From: Candidatus Brockarchaeota archaeon
GTDB taxonomy: Archaea; Thermoproteota; EX4484-205; JAAOZP01
NCBI GenBank assembly: GCA_017601245.1
Contig: JAFNJB010000055.1
Span: forward strand, 56,455-120,454
Length of the DNA: 64,000 bases
Direction of reading: 5' to 3'
Shown here: piece after piece, positions 29,075 to 37,878 of the stretch
Numbering within the stretch: the first letter of the stretch is position 1
Layout: each line of letters begins with the position of its first letter
Translations under genes and position numbers: made by a program
The notes under the pieces: generated by a model
What the model was told of the DNA's origin: nothing
Seen by the model: the letters and a program-made list of their open reading frames with translations, nothing else
The model's database searches: none

Positions 29075-29830
29075 ATGTCTACTGTGACGACAGCCAGCCG
29101 AGTTATATTCTCTTTTACTTATTCAGCACCAGCTAGCTCTTTTCCATCTGGTAGGTGGCTAGGCCCAGTTCTCAGTGTGGCTGGTGCTGCTAGTGGAACG
29201 ACACCAAGCGGATTGATATATCAGAGTGGTGCAGCATTGCTTAGAGACAATAGTGTTACTTGGGCCCCTCAAGCATGGTATGGTGCAAGTCGAGTACAAT
29301 ACAAGGAGTTCCCAAATATCGGTACCGGAAATTCTATACTGTTCGTTACAAGAATGGATATTGGATCTGGCACTGTACTTTACAGACTCTACGTATATCG
29401 GTCATGGTCCGATTACGATAATGACGTTCCTGTAATATATCAATGGTCCCACTCAACTAATGATGTTGCTTTTCTAGTAGGAAACCGATCTTATGGTGGT
29501 TTTAATATTAAGCACTTTCAATTCGGTGTTGAAAGCAATCAGCCCATTAATGGAATAGATTGGCTCGTAACTAATACGAATATGGCTTATTACGATGGGA
29601 GTAAATGGCGTTATCTTCCAGGATATGCTACCCTAGGAAACGTATCACATATCACTTGGATCGGGAACTACATATTTGGCATAGGTGGGACTGAGTACAG
29701 GGGGGTTAATGTGGGCTATAACTCCACTGACACCGTATGGTGGCGATATACTGGTACAACCGTGAAAGAAGGAAAATTGTTATGGAGCGGTAGTGGAATA
29801 ATAAGTAGTTCAAGAACACCTTACCTATAA
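29075..29830 (+). CDS. Trp/Tyr/Gly-rich beta-rich hypothetical protein
   Basis: GGAGG 7 nt upstream of the ATG. 251 aa, aromatic-rich (W x12), no signal peptide detected. Confidence 0.4.
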   Translation: MSTVTTASRVIFSFTYSAPASSFPSGRWLGPVLSVAGAASGTTPSGLIYQSGAALLRDNSVTWAPQAWYGASRVQYKEFPNIGTGNSILFVTRMDIGSGTVLYRLYVYRSWSDYDNDVPVIYQWSHSTNDVAFLVGNRSYGGFNIKHFQFGVESNQPINGIDWLVTNTNMAYYDGSKWRYLPGYATLGNVSHITWIGNYIFGIGGTEYRGVNVGYNSTDTVWWRYTGTTVKEGKLLWSGSGIISSSRTPYL

Positions 29831-29934
29831 AATATCAAGCAGAATAAGACTGCATTTTTCCACCATTTTTTAATTTTGGAAATAAGTGCATTTTTCTTCT
29901 TAACATTTTTATTCTTAAGCTTCCTGTTAAGACA

Positions 29935-30054
29935 ATGAGCTTCGAGGAGCATGAAGATAAGCTACATAAGAAGGTTGAAGCGAGACGCAGGGCCAGGCTT
30001 AGAAAAAGAGGACCATATAGGAAGGCTGCACTCGCCTTTAGACAAAAATCTTAA
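29935..30054 (+). CDS. 39-aa highly basic small ORF (speculative)
   Basis: ATG...TAA encoding MSFEEHEDKLHKKVEARRRARLRKRGPYRKAALAFRQKS. Lies in an otherwise empty 320-bp gap and is not in the ORF track. Confidence 0.15.
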   Translation: MSFEEHEDKLHKKVEARRRARLRKRGPYRKAALAFRQKS

Positions 30055-30153
30055 TTGCTCTTCAAATCAACACCTGAAAACTGGTTAAATCTGCTAATAA
30101 TTAGACTTAAAATTGATAAAGCTTAAGTTTCCCCTATTGAGGAAGCAATCAAA

Positions 30154-30966
30154 TTGGATACTCGATTAAATTGCGAGTTGATTTCTATAGGGAACGAACT
30201 CCTAATAGGTAAGGTAGTGAATACAAATGCTTCTTGGCTTGCCGACAAACTTACTAAACTTGGCGTTGCAGTTAAGAGGATTACCGTCATCGGCGACGAC
30301 CTCGATGAAATATCATCATGCATTAGAGAGGCGCTTTCAAGAAAGCCCTCGCTCATAATAATGACCGGCGGACTCGGACCTACTTACGACGATAAGACTC
30401 TTGAAGGTCTAGCAATAGCTCTAGGACTGAAACTAACCGTTCATCCTGAAGCTCTGGAAATGGTTAAGAGAAAATATGAAACTATGGGTGAAAGCCTTAC
30501 CGATGCAAGGATTAAGATGGCAAAGATGCCTGAGGGTGCAATACCTTTGCACAACCCTGTTGGAACTGCTCCGGCAGCCAAGATTTCCTGCGAGTCTACT
30601 ATAATATACGCTTTACCAGGCGTTCCCCGGGAGATGGAGGCTATATTCAACGAAGCCATTTCAAAGGAGATTTCGCTTTATTCAGGCTTTAAAATTGCTG
30701 AACACTCTTTCCGAATAGTCGGGGTTATGGAATCTGCTCTAGCTCCAATAATAAGCAAGGTTAAAGAACAGTATCCGGAAGTGTATGTGAAATCGCATCC
30801 TAAAGGTACTGAGGAGAAGCCAATTATCCATGTTTACTTGAATGCTTTCCATAGGGATGGAAACATCGCTAAGAGAATTGTCTTAGAAGCTGCTGAAAAA
30901 CTAATTAGCCTAATTGAAGATTCTTATGGCAAGGTTGTGTATCCGCTAGAGAATAGCAATGCCTAA
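30154..30966 (+). CDS. CinA-like molybdopterin-binding (MoCF-biosynthesis fold) domain protein
   Basis: N-terminal ELISIGNELLIGKVVNTNASWLADKL and ...TGGLGPTYDD... are typical of CinA/COG1058. Confidence 0.65.
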   Translation: MDTRLNCELISIGNELLIGKVVNTNASWLADKLTKLGVAVKRITVIGDDLDEISSCIREALSRKPSLIIMTGGLGPTYDDKTLEGLAIALGLKLTVHPEALEMVKRKYETMGESLTDARIKMAKMPEGAIPLHNPVGTAPAAKISCESTIIYALPGVPREMEAIFNEAISKEISLYSGFKIAEHSFRIVGVMESALAPIISKVKEQYPEVYVKSHPKGTEEKPIIHVYLNAFHRDGNIAKRIVLEAAEKLISLIEDSYGKVVYPLENSNA

Positions 30967-31409
30967 GGCTTTTCAGCTTTTTGAGCAAGAAGTTTGAAGA
31001 CCTCTTCTAAAAACAAGTGTCTCTTACGATAGAGACTATAGTAAGCTTCATAAATTATTGAAACTGAAATAAGTCCAATAAGGGCTGCAGACCAAATTCC
31101 ATGGATAAAAAATTCACCTATGAAGAAGATTATAAACACAACCATCAAGTAGTTAATGATGGTGATGGGTATTGGGAAAATTATCTGGGAAGACCCTATA
31201 ATCCTCGTCCCTCCCTCATCAGGATAAAGGTAAAAACTCATTTTCTTCCATGTTTCACGCGGTGATAAGCTTGAGGGATAACCATGTTCAACTACAATGC
31301 TTTTCCATGGTTCCTCCGATATTATTCTACAATTGTTTTTAATCAGAATGTTTCTCAATTCTCCATAAGCCCTTTGGGTTTCTAGGGAGACTACTTTTTC
31401 AATCAACAA
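30963..31409 (-). CDS. small integral membrane protein (hypothetical)
   Basis: 148 aa with two strongly hydrophobic helices in the C-terminal half. Confidence 0.35.
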   Translation of the reverse strand: MLIEKVVSLETQRAYGELRNILIKNNCRIISEEPWKSIVVEHGYPSSLSPRETWKKMSFYLYPDEGGTRIIGSSQIIFPIPITIINYLMVVFIIFFIGEFFIHGIWSAALIGLISVSIIYEAYYSLYRKRHLFLEEVFKLLAQKAEKP

Positions 31410-31484
31410 TCTTCCATATTATATACTGGTTATTAAGTTTTTTTGAAATCTGCTTATTTTTCAGAACTACTACCTAATCTGTTT

Positions 31485-32399
31485 TTAATGCACTTTTGAC
31501 ATAAGTATTTCTCTAACTTCTTTTTGCAGATTTAAGAGTACTTCCCTATCTTTCTCCAATTGTTCTCTATGGTATGCGGATTCAAGCCCCTTAAGTATTG
31601 GAGTACTTATCTCTAGGATTATGGGAGATATGGATATTGCCTTCTGAACAGTTAATGCATAGAGATCCGTGCTTTCATCGGACTTGCTTACGTTAATTTC
31701 TGAACCTCCTATCCAGTAGTAGGGAATCCCACTGGGATCTTTCCTTTCTAGAATATAAATATAGTTTTCAAACTTGATTTTTGCAAGCGTGATTAACTTC
31801 ACACTGGTGTCTTTTTCCGATTTTAAACGGAAAGTTTATGTTAAGTACGTATGGTTTAGAAAGCAGGTTTTCAATCATGAATCTAGTTATCTCGGCGGTA
31901 GCTCTCCAATGAATATTGGAATTACTCACTTTAAGCTGCCTACGTTCAATACTCGTCAGAATCTCGACGCTGAAGGCTATTGCTGGAACATCGTTCAACA
32001 AGGATTGTATTGCTGCAGCTATGGTTCCACTAGTAAAGAGATTGTCGAGAGTAATATTGTCGCCAATGTTTATACCACTTACAATTATGCAGGGCTTCTC
32101 CTTAAGAATTAGCTTGAAGGTTATAACCACGGCATCAGCTGGGTTCCGGAAATGAGGTATACGTGCCTATACTTATCCCCATGTATCTTACTGGAAATCA
32201 TGTTTACTCTAAGAGGCTTATGTAGAGTTATTGACTTGCCTGCAACGCTCATCTCATGCTCCGGCTTTGCAGCTACAATCTCGCCAATCTTAAGATCTAA
32301 TAAGTGCCTCCAAAATGCTTTGAAAGCTGGAAAATGCACTCCGTCATCATTCGTAAGCAGTATGATTCTGCTCAAACCTTGTTGAAAATGATTCTTCAA
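31485..32399 (-). pseudogene. surE: 5'/3'-nucleotidase SurE disrupted by two frameshifts
   Basis: Three consecutive overlapping minus-strand ORFs (32121-32399, 31768-32130, 31485-31802) carry N-terminal (ILLTNDDG ... VAAKPEHEMSVAGKSITLHKPLRV), middle (IIVSGINIG ... SGTIAAAIQ) and C-terminal (YYWIGG ... ISISPI) SurE segments in three different frames. Confidence 0.6.
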
Positions 32400-32491
32400 C
32401 CCTTTTAACCGTTTATTATCAAACGTGTAGAGGTTTAAAGCTGTTTGAGAAAGATTTTTATTAAAGCCTCAGAGGGACGATTCGATGAATA

Positions 32492-32734
32492 ATGGCACAG
32501 TATAGGGTTGCGGTTAACAAGGAGGTATGCATAGGATGCGGAGTATGCTACTCTACCTGTCCCGAAGTATTCGAAAGCGATGACGATGGTAAAAGCCAAG
32601 TTATCTCCAAATTCAGGTCTTCACTTACTCAAAACATGTCTGAAGGCTTTATAGACGACAGCGTTGTACAATGCGCAGAATCTGCAAGAGATACATGTCC
32701 CGTTCAAGCAATAACCGTCGAAAAGAAAGGCTGA
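32492..32734 (+). CDS. single-cluster [4Fe-4S]/[3Fe-4S] ferredoxin
   Basis: CIGCGVCYSTCP plus a distal C-P (DTCPVQAI); 80 aa, Pyrococcus-Fd-like layout. Confidence 0.7.
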   Translation: MAQYRVAVNKEVCIGCGVCYSTCPEVFESDDDGKSQVISKFRSSLTQNMSEGFIDDSVVQCAESARDTCPVQAITVEKKG

Positions 32735-32772
32735 TAATAGGGCTTTTTTCTTCAAATTAATGTTTTTAGAAT

Positions 32773-33651
32773 TTAGAATATTATCATTGATATTGTCCAA
32801 GCTATGGCTGCCCCAAGTCCTATGTACGGTAGGCCTGGCTGAGGCTTTTTGAAGTATCGAACTACATGAAGTACGATTATTAATCCGACTAGACCACCGG
32901 TTAAGACGAGTATTGCAGCTATAGTTTTTCCAGTATTTAGAAAAGTCGATACAGTAAGCATATTCGGAAAGGCTACATCCCCTAAGCCTAAGAAGGCTCC
33001 TTTCCTCTCTTCTCCTTCTACGATTTTAAGCTCTCTCGGAACACTTTTAATGGGAGATACAAGCATTGTCGGCAAATTCATTTTAAGAGTTTTCTCAGCC
33101 AGGCTGACCATACCTCCAGACTTTACTGCAAGGTAATCATATATTGCCATTAGGGAAAGAAGTATTACGAGCACCTGCGGTGAAAGAGATGCTCCAAACC
33201 AGGCTGCAAGGCTAGCGCTAATGAAGACGCCAACTGCATCTACTATATACCACTTGTAAAATCTGTTAAGTAATATTAGTATTGAAGCGGAAAACAATGC
33301 TGCTATTATAATCGAAAACGGGAAGTTGGGGATTAGAATACTTATTGTCACGAAAAGCACTGTAAATGCGCTGAAATAGAATAATCCTTTTAAAATAACC
33401 TCAAGCTTAAGTTTCACTATTATCATTACTACCACAAATACGATTATTATTGAGAACATGAGGAATAATACATTCATAGGATTCTCCGGGTTTTCGAAGA
33501 GAGTTAGCTCATTGACTACGTATAGTGGTGCTAGTATTAATGAGAGGATGCCTGCTGCAACGTATAGTAGAACTATGACGAGAGCTGCTGTATTCAACCC
33601 TGGACAATGAAACCCGGCCTTACGGATAAGCTTTACTATTCTAAATCTCAA
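32773..33651 (-). CDS. presenilin/signal-peptide-peptidase (A22) family intramembrane aspartyl protease homologue
   Basis: Polytopic; YD motif (LMAIYDYLAV) and GxGD motif (FLGLGDVAFP) in consecutive TM helices, plus a P-G-L (PAL-like) element near the C-terminus. Confidence 0.55.
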   Translation of the reverse strand: MRFRIVKLIRKAGFHCPGLNTAALVIVLLYVAAGILSLILAPLYVVNELTLFENPENPMNVLFLMFSIIIVFVVVMIIVKLKLEVILKGLFYFSAFTVLFVTISILIPNFPFSIIIAALFSASILILLNRFYKWYIVDAVGVFISASLAAWFGASLSPQVLVILLSLMAIYDYLAVKSGGMVSLAEKTLKMNLPTMLVSPIKSVPRELKIVEGEERKGAFLGLGDVAFPNMLTVSTFLNTGKTIAAILVLTGGLVGLIIVLHVVRYFKKPQPGLPYIGLGAAIAWTISMIIF

Positions 33652-34846
33652 CAGGCTTTGAATCTAACTGTTGCCCTGAGCCCTCAGTTTCTTCTTTTAT
33701 AAGATTTTTAATAACTTGAGAAGTTTCAAGTATTCCAGCTATTTCCATGAAGGTTTTACTAGCCTCTTCTTCTACAATTGGTCTGATCGCATTCCAGAGA
33801 GTATCAGCAACTTCATCCATTTTTCCACATTCGAAAACGGATATTCCATATGATTTAGCTAGTTCTTTAGCTTTATCGTTTGCACTCGGTACTGCTAAGA
33901 GTATTGCATGCTTAACTTCTACATCAAGTATCTTAGAGAAGAACGAGATTACTGGAATTTCATTGATAGATTTATCTTCAAAAAATATATCTACTATAAT
34001 TCTGGTTTCTTCACTAGCCCTGTCCGTACCCGGCCTGTATGCTACCATTGTGAATGGATGCTCCAAGCCTGACTTACCGCTGAGGAAGACTGAGGTTTTT
34101 ACTTCCCAGAATGCAGACCTAAGATTCTTAACAACTGATCCGAGGTCGAGCGTTTCTATTTCAATTATTTCTTTTCTTTCTTCGTTAACACTGTAACCGT
34201 ATACTTCAAAAGGATTATAATCCTCCTCTCTATAGTTTTTCTCACATCTGCTACAGATAAATTCTTTTATCGGGTTCTGTGAAAACTCTCCGCATACTAA
34301 ACACTTGTAAAGAACTCCTTTCTCAACATAGTCGCCCCTTTCTTTTTTAATAGATTCGTTACACTTGGGACATATCATTAAACCATCGGTAACTGTGAAA
34401 ACAGTTTTGAAATCAATATATCCACACTTATTATGTTGAATCGATTCACCTCTCTTGATGCTGGTAGAGCCACAAGCAGAGCATCTAAGTCTAAGAGAAA
34501 CATTGAGAGACCCGCATTGTGGACACGCTATCCTTGTCTCTAAAAGCTCTCTAATTAAGAATCCGTCTTCAGCAAGCTCCTCAAGGATGTTTCTCACCAC
34601 CTCCCCCCTAGCATCCATGATTTTCTCAGCATCTACATAGCTTAATGCCCCTTCTAAACTGATTTTTGGCTCAATTCTGCTTATTTTTCTCTCTTTGAAG
34701 GCTTTGAGCAGGTTTAAGACTTCTTTCCTCTTATAAAGTTCCTTGCCACTGAATACCAGCATTTTCAAATACCTCCTTTTCTTCCTTACTAAAACTCCTC
34801 CTTCCCATCCTGCCGAAATAGACTCGTCCATTAGGGGGGAGTACAA
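33641..34846 (-). CDS. multi-zinc-ribbon protein with N-terminal wHTH-like region and C-terminal PD-(D/E)xK-like domain
   Basis: Three CxxC...CxxC ribbons (CPQCG...CSACG, CPKCN ... CLVCG, CSRCE). C-terminal IIVDIFFED ... LDVEVKH ... SANDKAKELAKSYGISVFE resembles the Mrr/restriction-endonuclease fold. Overlaps the presenilin-like gene by 11 nt. Confidence 0.45.
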   Translation of the reverse strand: MYSPLMDESISAGWEGGVLVRKKRRYLKMLVFSGKELYKRKEVLNLLKAFKERKISRIEPKISLEGALSYVDAEKIMDARGEVVRNILEELAEDGFLIRELLETRIACPQCGSLNVSLRLRCSACGSTSIKRGESIQHNKCGYIDFKTVFTVTDGLMICPKCNESIKKERGDYVEKGVLYKCLVCGEFSQNPIKEFICSRCEKNYREEDYNPFEVYGYSVNEERKEIIEIETLDLGSVVKNLRSAFWEVKTSVFLSGKSGLEHPFTMVAYRPGTDRASEETRIIVDIFFEDKSINEIPVISFFSKILDVEVKHAILLAVPSANDKAKELAKSYGISVFECGKMDEVADTLWNAIRPIVEEEASKTFMEIAGILETSQVIKNLIKEETEGSGQQLDSKPVEI

Positions 34847-35096
34847 TCATTTTATCAAGACCTTCAGGGGGTTAGACGATATTTTTTAAGCAGATGAGTT
34901 AAAATGCTTCTGTCAGTAATCATTTAGACTCACATCATTTAAAGCTAGTTTTTAAGGGAAAGTACCTCCTTCTCATGTTTAACAATTATCAATTATTTTT
35001 ATCATTTAAAATTCTTCACGCAAATCCGATTGTCAAGAAAATTTTAGACAAGATTTATATTAAGATTGGTACAAAATCCTTGCTTTCAATATCAAC

Positions 35097-37286
35097 ATGG
35101 GAGATAAATGGAATAATCAAGGAGAGATGCAGATGTTTCAGACAATCAAACAATCTGATAATAACCTGTTTGAGCAGGGTTTGAAGAAGATAGTTAAGAG
35201 AGATGGTAGAATCGTTGACTTCGACAAGAATAAGATAACCGAAGCCATATGGAAGGCAATAAAATCCGTAGGTGGACAGGATAGAGAACTTGCAGAAAAG
35301 CTTTCAAATCAGGTTGTTGAACGTTTAGAGAGGCAACTTAAGCCGGGTGAAATCCCGCATGTAGAGCAGGTTCAGGACTTAGTAGAGCAGGTTCTCGTAG
35401 AGAATAACTTGTACAACGTTGCAAAATCCTATATTCTTTACAGGGCTCTTCATGCTCAAATAAGAGAATTTGTAGATAGTTATCTGGAGAATAAGAGTTG
35501 GCTCGTTAGAGAAAATGCTAATACAACATACTCGCTACAGGCATTGAACTTCCATATTTCTTCTCAGGTGATATCGCAATATTGGCTTCACAGGATTTTC
35601 AATAAGGGTAGAACTGAGATAAGAGAAGCACATTTAAACGGTGACTTTCATATTCATAATCTGGGTATCCTTGGACCATATTGTGTAGGATGGGATTTGA
35701 AAGACTTGTTGATGACGGGCTTTAAGGGTGTTAGGGGTAAAGTCTCAGCTAAGCCTGCAAAACACTTCCGAGTTGCCCTTGGACACGTTGTAAACTTCGT
35801 CTTCACATTACAGGGAGAAGCCGCCGGTGCTCAAGCCTTCTCCAACTTTGACACCTACCTGGCTCCATTCATAAGATATGATAACCTTGATTACAAATCG
35901 GTTAAACAGGCTCTTCAAGAATTCATGTTTAACATGAATATTCCAACTAGAGTAGGTTTTCAAACACCTTTTTCAAACATAACCCTAGACCTTAAGGTTC
36001 CAAGCTTCATGGAGGATGAACCAGTTATAATAGGTGGAGAAACTATGGATGCAACCTACGGCGATTTCCAAGAAGAAATGGATATTTTCAATAGGGCTCT
36101 GGCTGAAGTAATGCTGGAGGGTGATGCTGTTGGAAGAGTATTCACCTTTCCAATTCCAACTGTAAACATAACGAAAGATTTTGATTGGGATGATGAAACA
36201 ATAAGGAAAGTATTAGAGACTTCTGCAAAATACGGCATTCCGTATTTCGCCAACTTCATAAACTCCGATATGAACCCTGAGGATGTACGTTCAATGTGTT
36301 GCCATCTAAGGCTGGATAAGAGAGAGTTGAAGAAGAGAGGCGGAGGACTTTTCGGAGCAAACCCGCTAACGGGCTCTATTGGAGTAGTTACAATAAACAT
36401 GCCGAGAATAGGTTATTTGTCTAAGAGTGAAGGCGATTTCTTTGAAAGGCTCGATAGGCTCATGGTCCTTGCTAAAGACGTTCTGGAAATAAAGAGGAAG
36501 TGGCTTGAAAAGTTTACAGAAGCTGGTCTATATCCGTATTCAAAGTTCTACTTGAGACATATAAAAGAGGCCTTCGGATCATACTGGAAGAATCACTTCA
36601 GTACTATTGGACTCGTAGGCATGAATGAAGCCTGTCTAAACTTCCTGGGATGTAGCATAGGAGACCCTGAAGGCTTAAGCTTCTCCATAAAAGTTTTAGA
36701 CTTCATGAGGAAGAGACTACAGGATTTCCAAGAAGAAACTGGGAATATCTTTAACCTTGAAGCAACACCTGCTGAAGGTACTTCTCATAGACTTGCTAAG
36801 ATAGATAAGAAGATGTATCCGAATATAATAGTTGCAAATGAGGAAAATGTCAAGAAAGGTGCAGCACCTTACTATACTAACTCAACTCACTTGCCAGTAT
36901 ACTATACAGACGACCTCTGGGAATACCTTAGACTTCAAGAGCCGCTTCAAATAAGGTATACTGGTGGGACCGTCGTACATATATGGCTTGGCGAAAGCAA
37001 TCCTCCAGTAGATTCTATTGCAACATTAATCAGGAAAATATGTGAGAACTTTAAGCTACCGTATTTTACAATAACGCCAACATTCAGCATTTGTCCAGAA
37101 GATGGTTATTTATCCGGTGAACAGCCTAATTGTCCCAAATGTGGAAGAATTACAGAAGTCTATTCTAGAGTCGTAGGGTATTTAAGACCGGTTGACCAAT
37201 GGAATTCAGGAAAGCAGGAAGAATTTAAACAGAGAAAAATGTTTGATAAAGCTATAACAAGAAAAGTTGTTGAGATAACAAAATAG
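35097..37286 (+). CDS. nrdD: anaerobic (class III) ribonucleoside-triphosphate reductase
   Basis: N-terminal ATP-cone (KRDGRIVDFDKNKITEAI), C-terminal Zn-ribbon CPEDG...CPKCG, and glycyl-radical motif RVVGYLRPV. 729 aa. Confidence 0.9.
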   Translation: MGDKWNNQGEMQMFQTIKQSDNNLFEQGLKKIVKRDGRIVDFDKNKITEAIWKAIKSVGGQDRELAEKLSNQVVERLERQLKPGEIPHVEQVQDLVEQVLVENNLYNVAKSYILYRALHAQIREFVDSYLENKSWLVRENANTTYSLQALNFHISSQVISQYWLHRIFNKGRTEIREAHLNGDFHIHNLGILGPYCVGWDLKDLLMTGFKGVRGKVSAKPAKHFRVALGHVVNFVFTLQGEAAGAQAFSNFDTYLAPFIRYDNLDYKSVKQALQEFMFNMNIPTRVGFQTPFSNITLDLKVPSFMEDEPVIIGGETMDATYGDFQEEMDIFNRALAEVMLEGDAVGRVFTFPIPTVNITKDFDWDDETIRKVLETSAKYGIPYFANFINSDMNPEDVRSMCCHLRLDKRELKKRGGGLFGANPLTGSIGVVTINMPRIGYLSKSEGDFFERLDRLMVLAKDVLEIKRKWLEKFTEAGLYPYSKFYLRHIKEAFGSYWKNHFSTIGLVGMNEACLNFLGCSIGDPEGLSFSIKVLDFMRKRLQDFQEETGNIFNLEATPAEGTSHRLAKIDKKMYPNIIVANEENVKKGAAPYYTNSTHLPVYYTDDLWEYLRLQEPLQIRYTGGTVVHIWLGESNPPVDSIATLIRKICENFKLPYFTITPTFSICPEDGYLSGEQPNCPKCGRITEVYSRVVGYLRPVDQWNSGKQEEFKQRKMFDKAITRKVVEITK

Positions 37287-37371
37287 CTTATTTTTAAGAT
37301 TTCAACACGATAGTTTTCGGTTATATAACAAAACAGTTTTTAAGGCCCCCTGTCGATTTCTTAAGTTTGAG

Positions 37372-37575
37372 ATGTCATTAAGCAGCCTAGATAGGGCTGT
37401 TCTATTAATACTGGTGTGGAGCCTTTTATTGGAAATACTTACCCTCGCGTACTTTATTGCCAGTTCACAAATATTTCGCTTTGAATTTGGACTTACGGTT
37501 TTCCTCGTAATCATTACACTTCCCTTAATAATATTTCTCGTATGTAAGATTGCGAAAGCAAACCGTCCTTTATAA
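37372..37575 (+). CDS. 67-aa two-TM small membrane protein (speculative)
   Basis: Two clean hydrophobic helices; competes with an antisense ORF (37302-37589) of no recognisable character. Confidence 0.2.
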   Translation: MSLSSLDRAVLLILVWSLLLEILTLAYFIASSQIFRFEFGLTVFLVIITLPLIIFLVCKIAKANRPL

Positions 37576-37878
37576 CTGCACACTACCATATTTCTTAACC
37601 TGACTAAAATTAATTATGTTGTTCTTGAATTACTATACACTATACTATACTTAATACTTTGATGATAATAAACACTATTTATGGGTATTAAACGGTTTCA
37701 AATCTTATTAAAAATGTTACATTTTAAAAAAAGTACTAAAAAGTTCTTTTACACTCGAGACTTTTTATTTTCTAAAAGTTTACAGTGTAAAATATCGTCC
37801 CATTGTATTTTCAATTAAAGTTTATTGACAGAAATGTTTATAAATAAAAAAGGAAGTGGGAACCAACGGTGAAAACCC

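Noticed and set aside
31768-32399. Programmed frameshift in surE
   Set aside because: No slippery heptamer or pseudoknot is evident at either junction, and two separate shifts are more consistent with decay or sequencing error.
37302-37589. Minus-strand 95-aa ORF
   Set aside because: No features. It competes with the plus-strand two-TM small ORF, so both are low confidence and only the better-looking one is listed.
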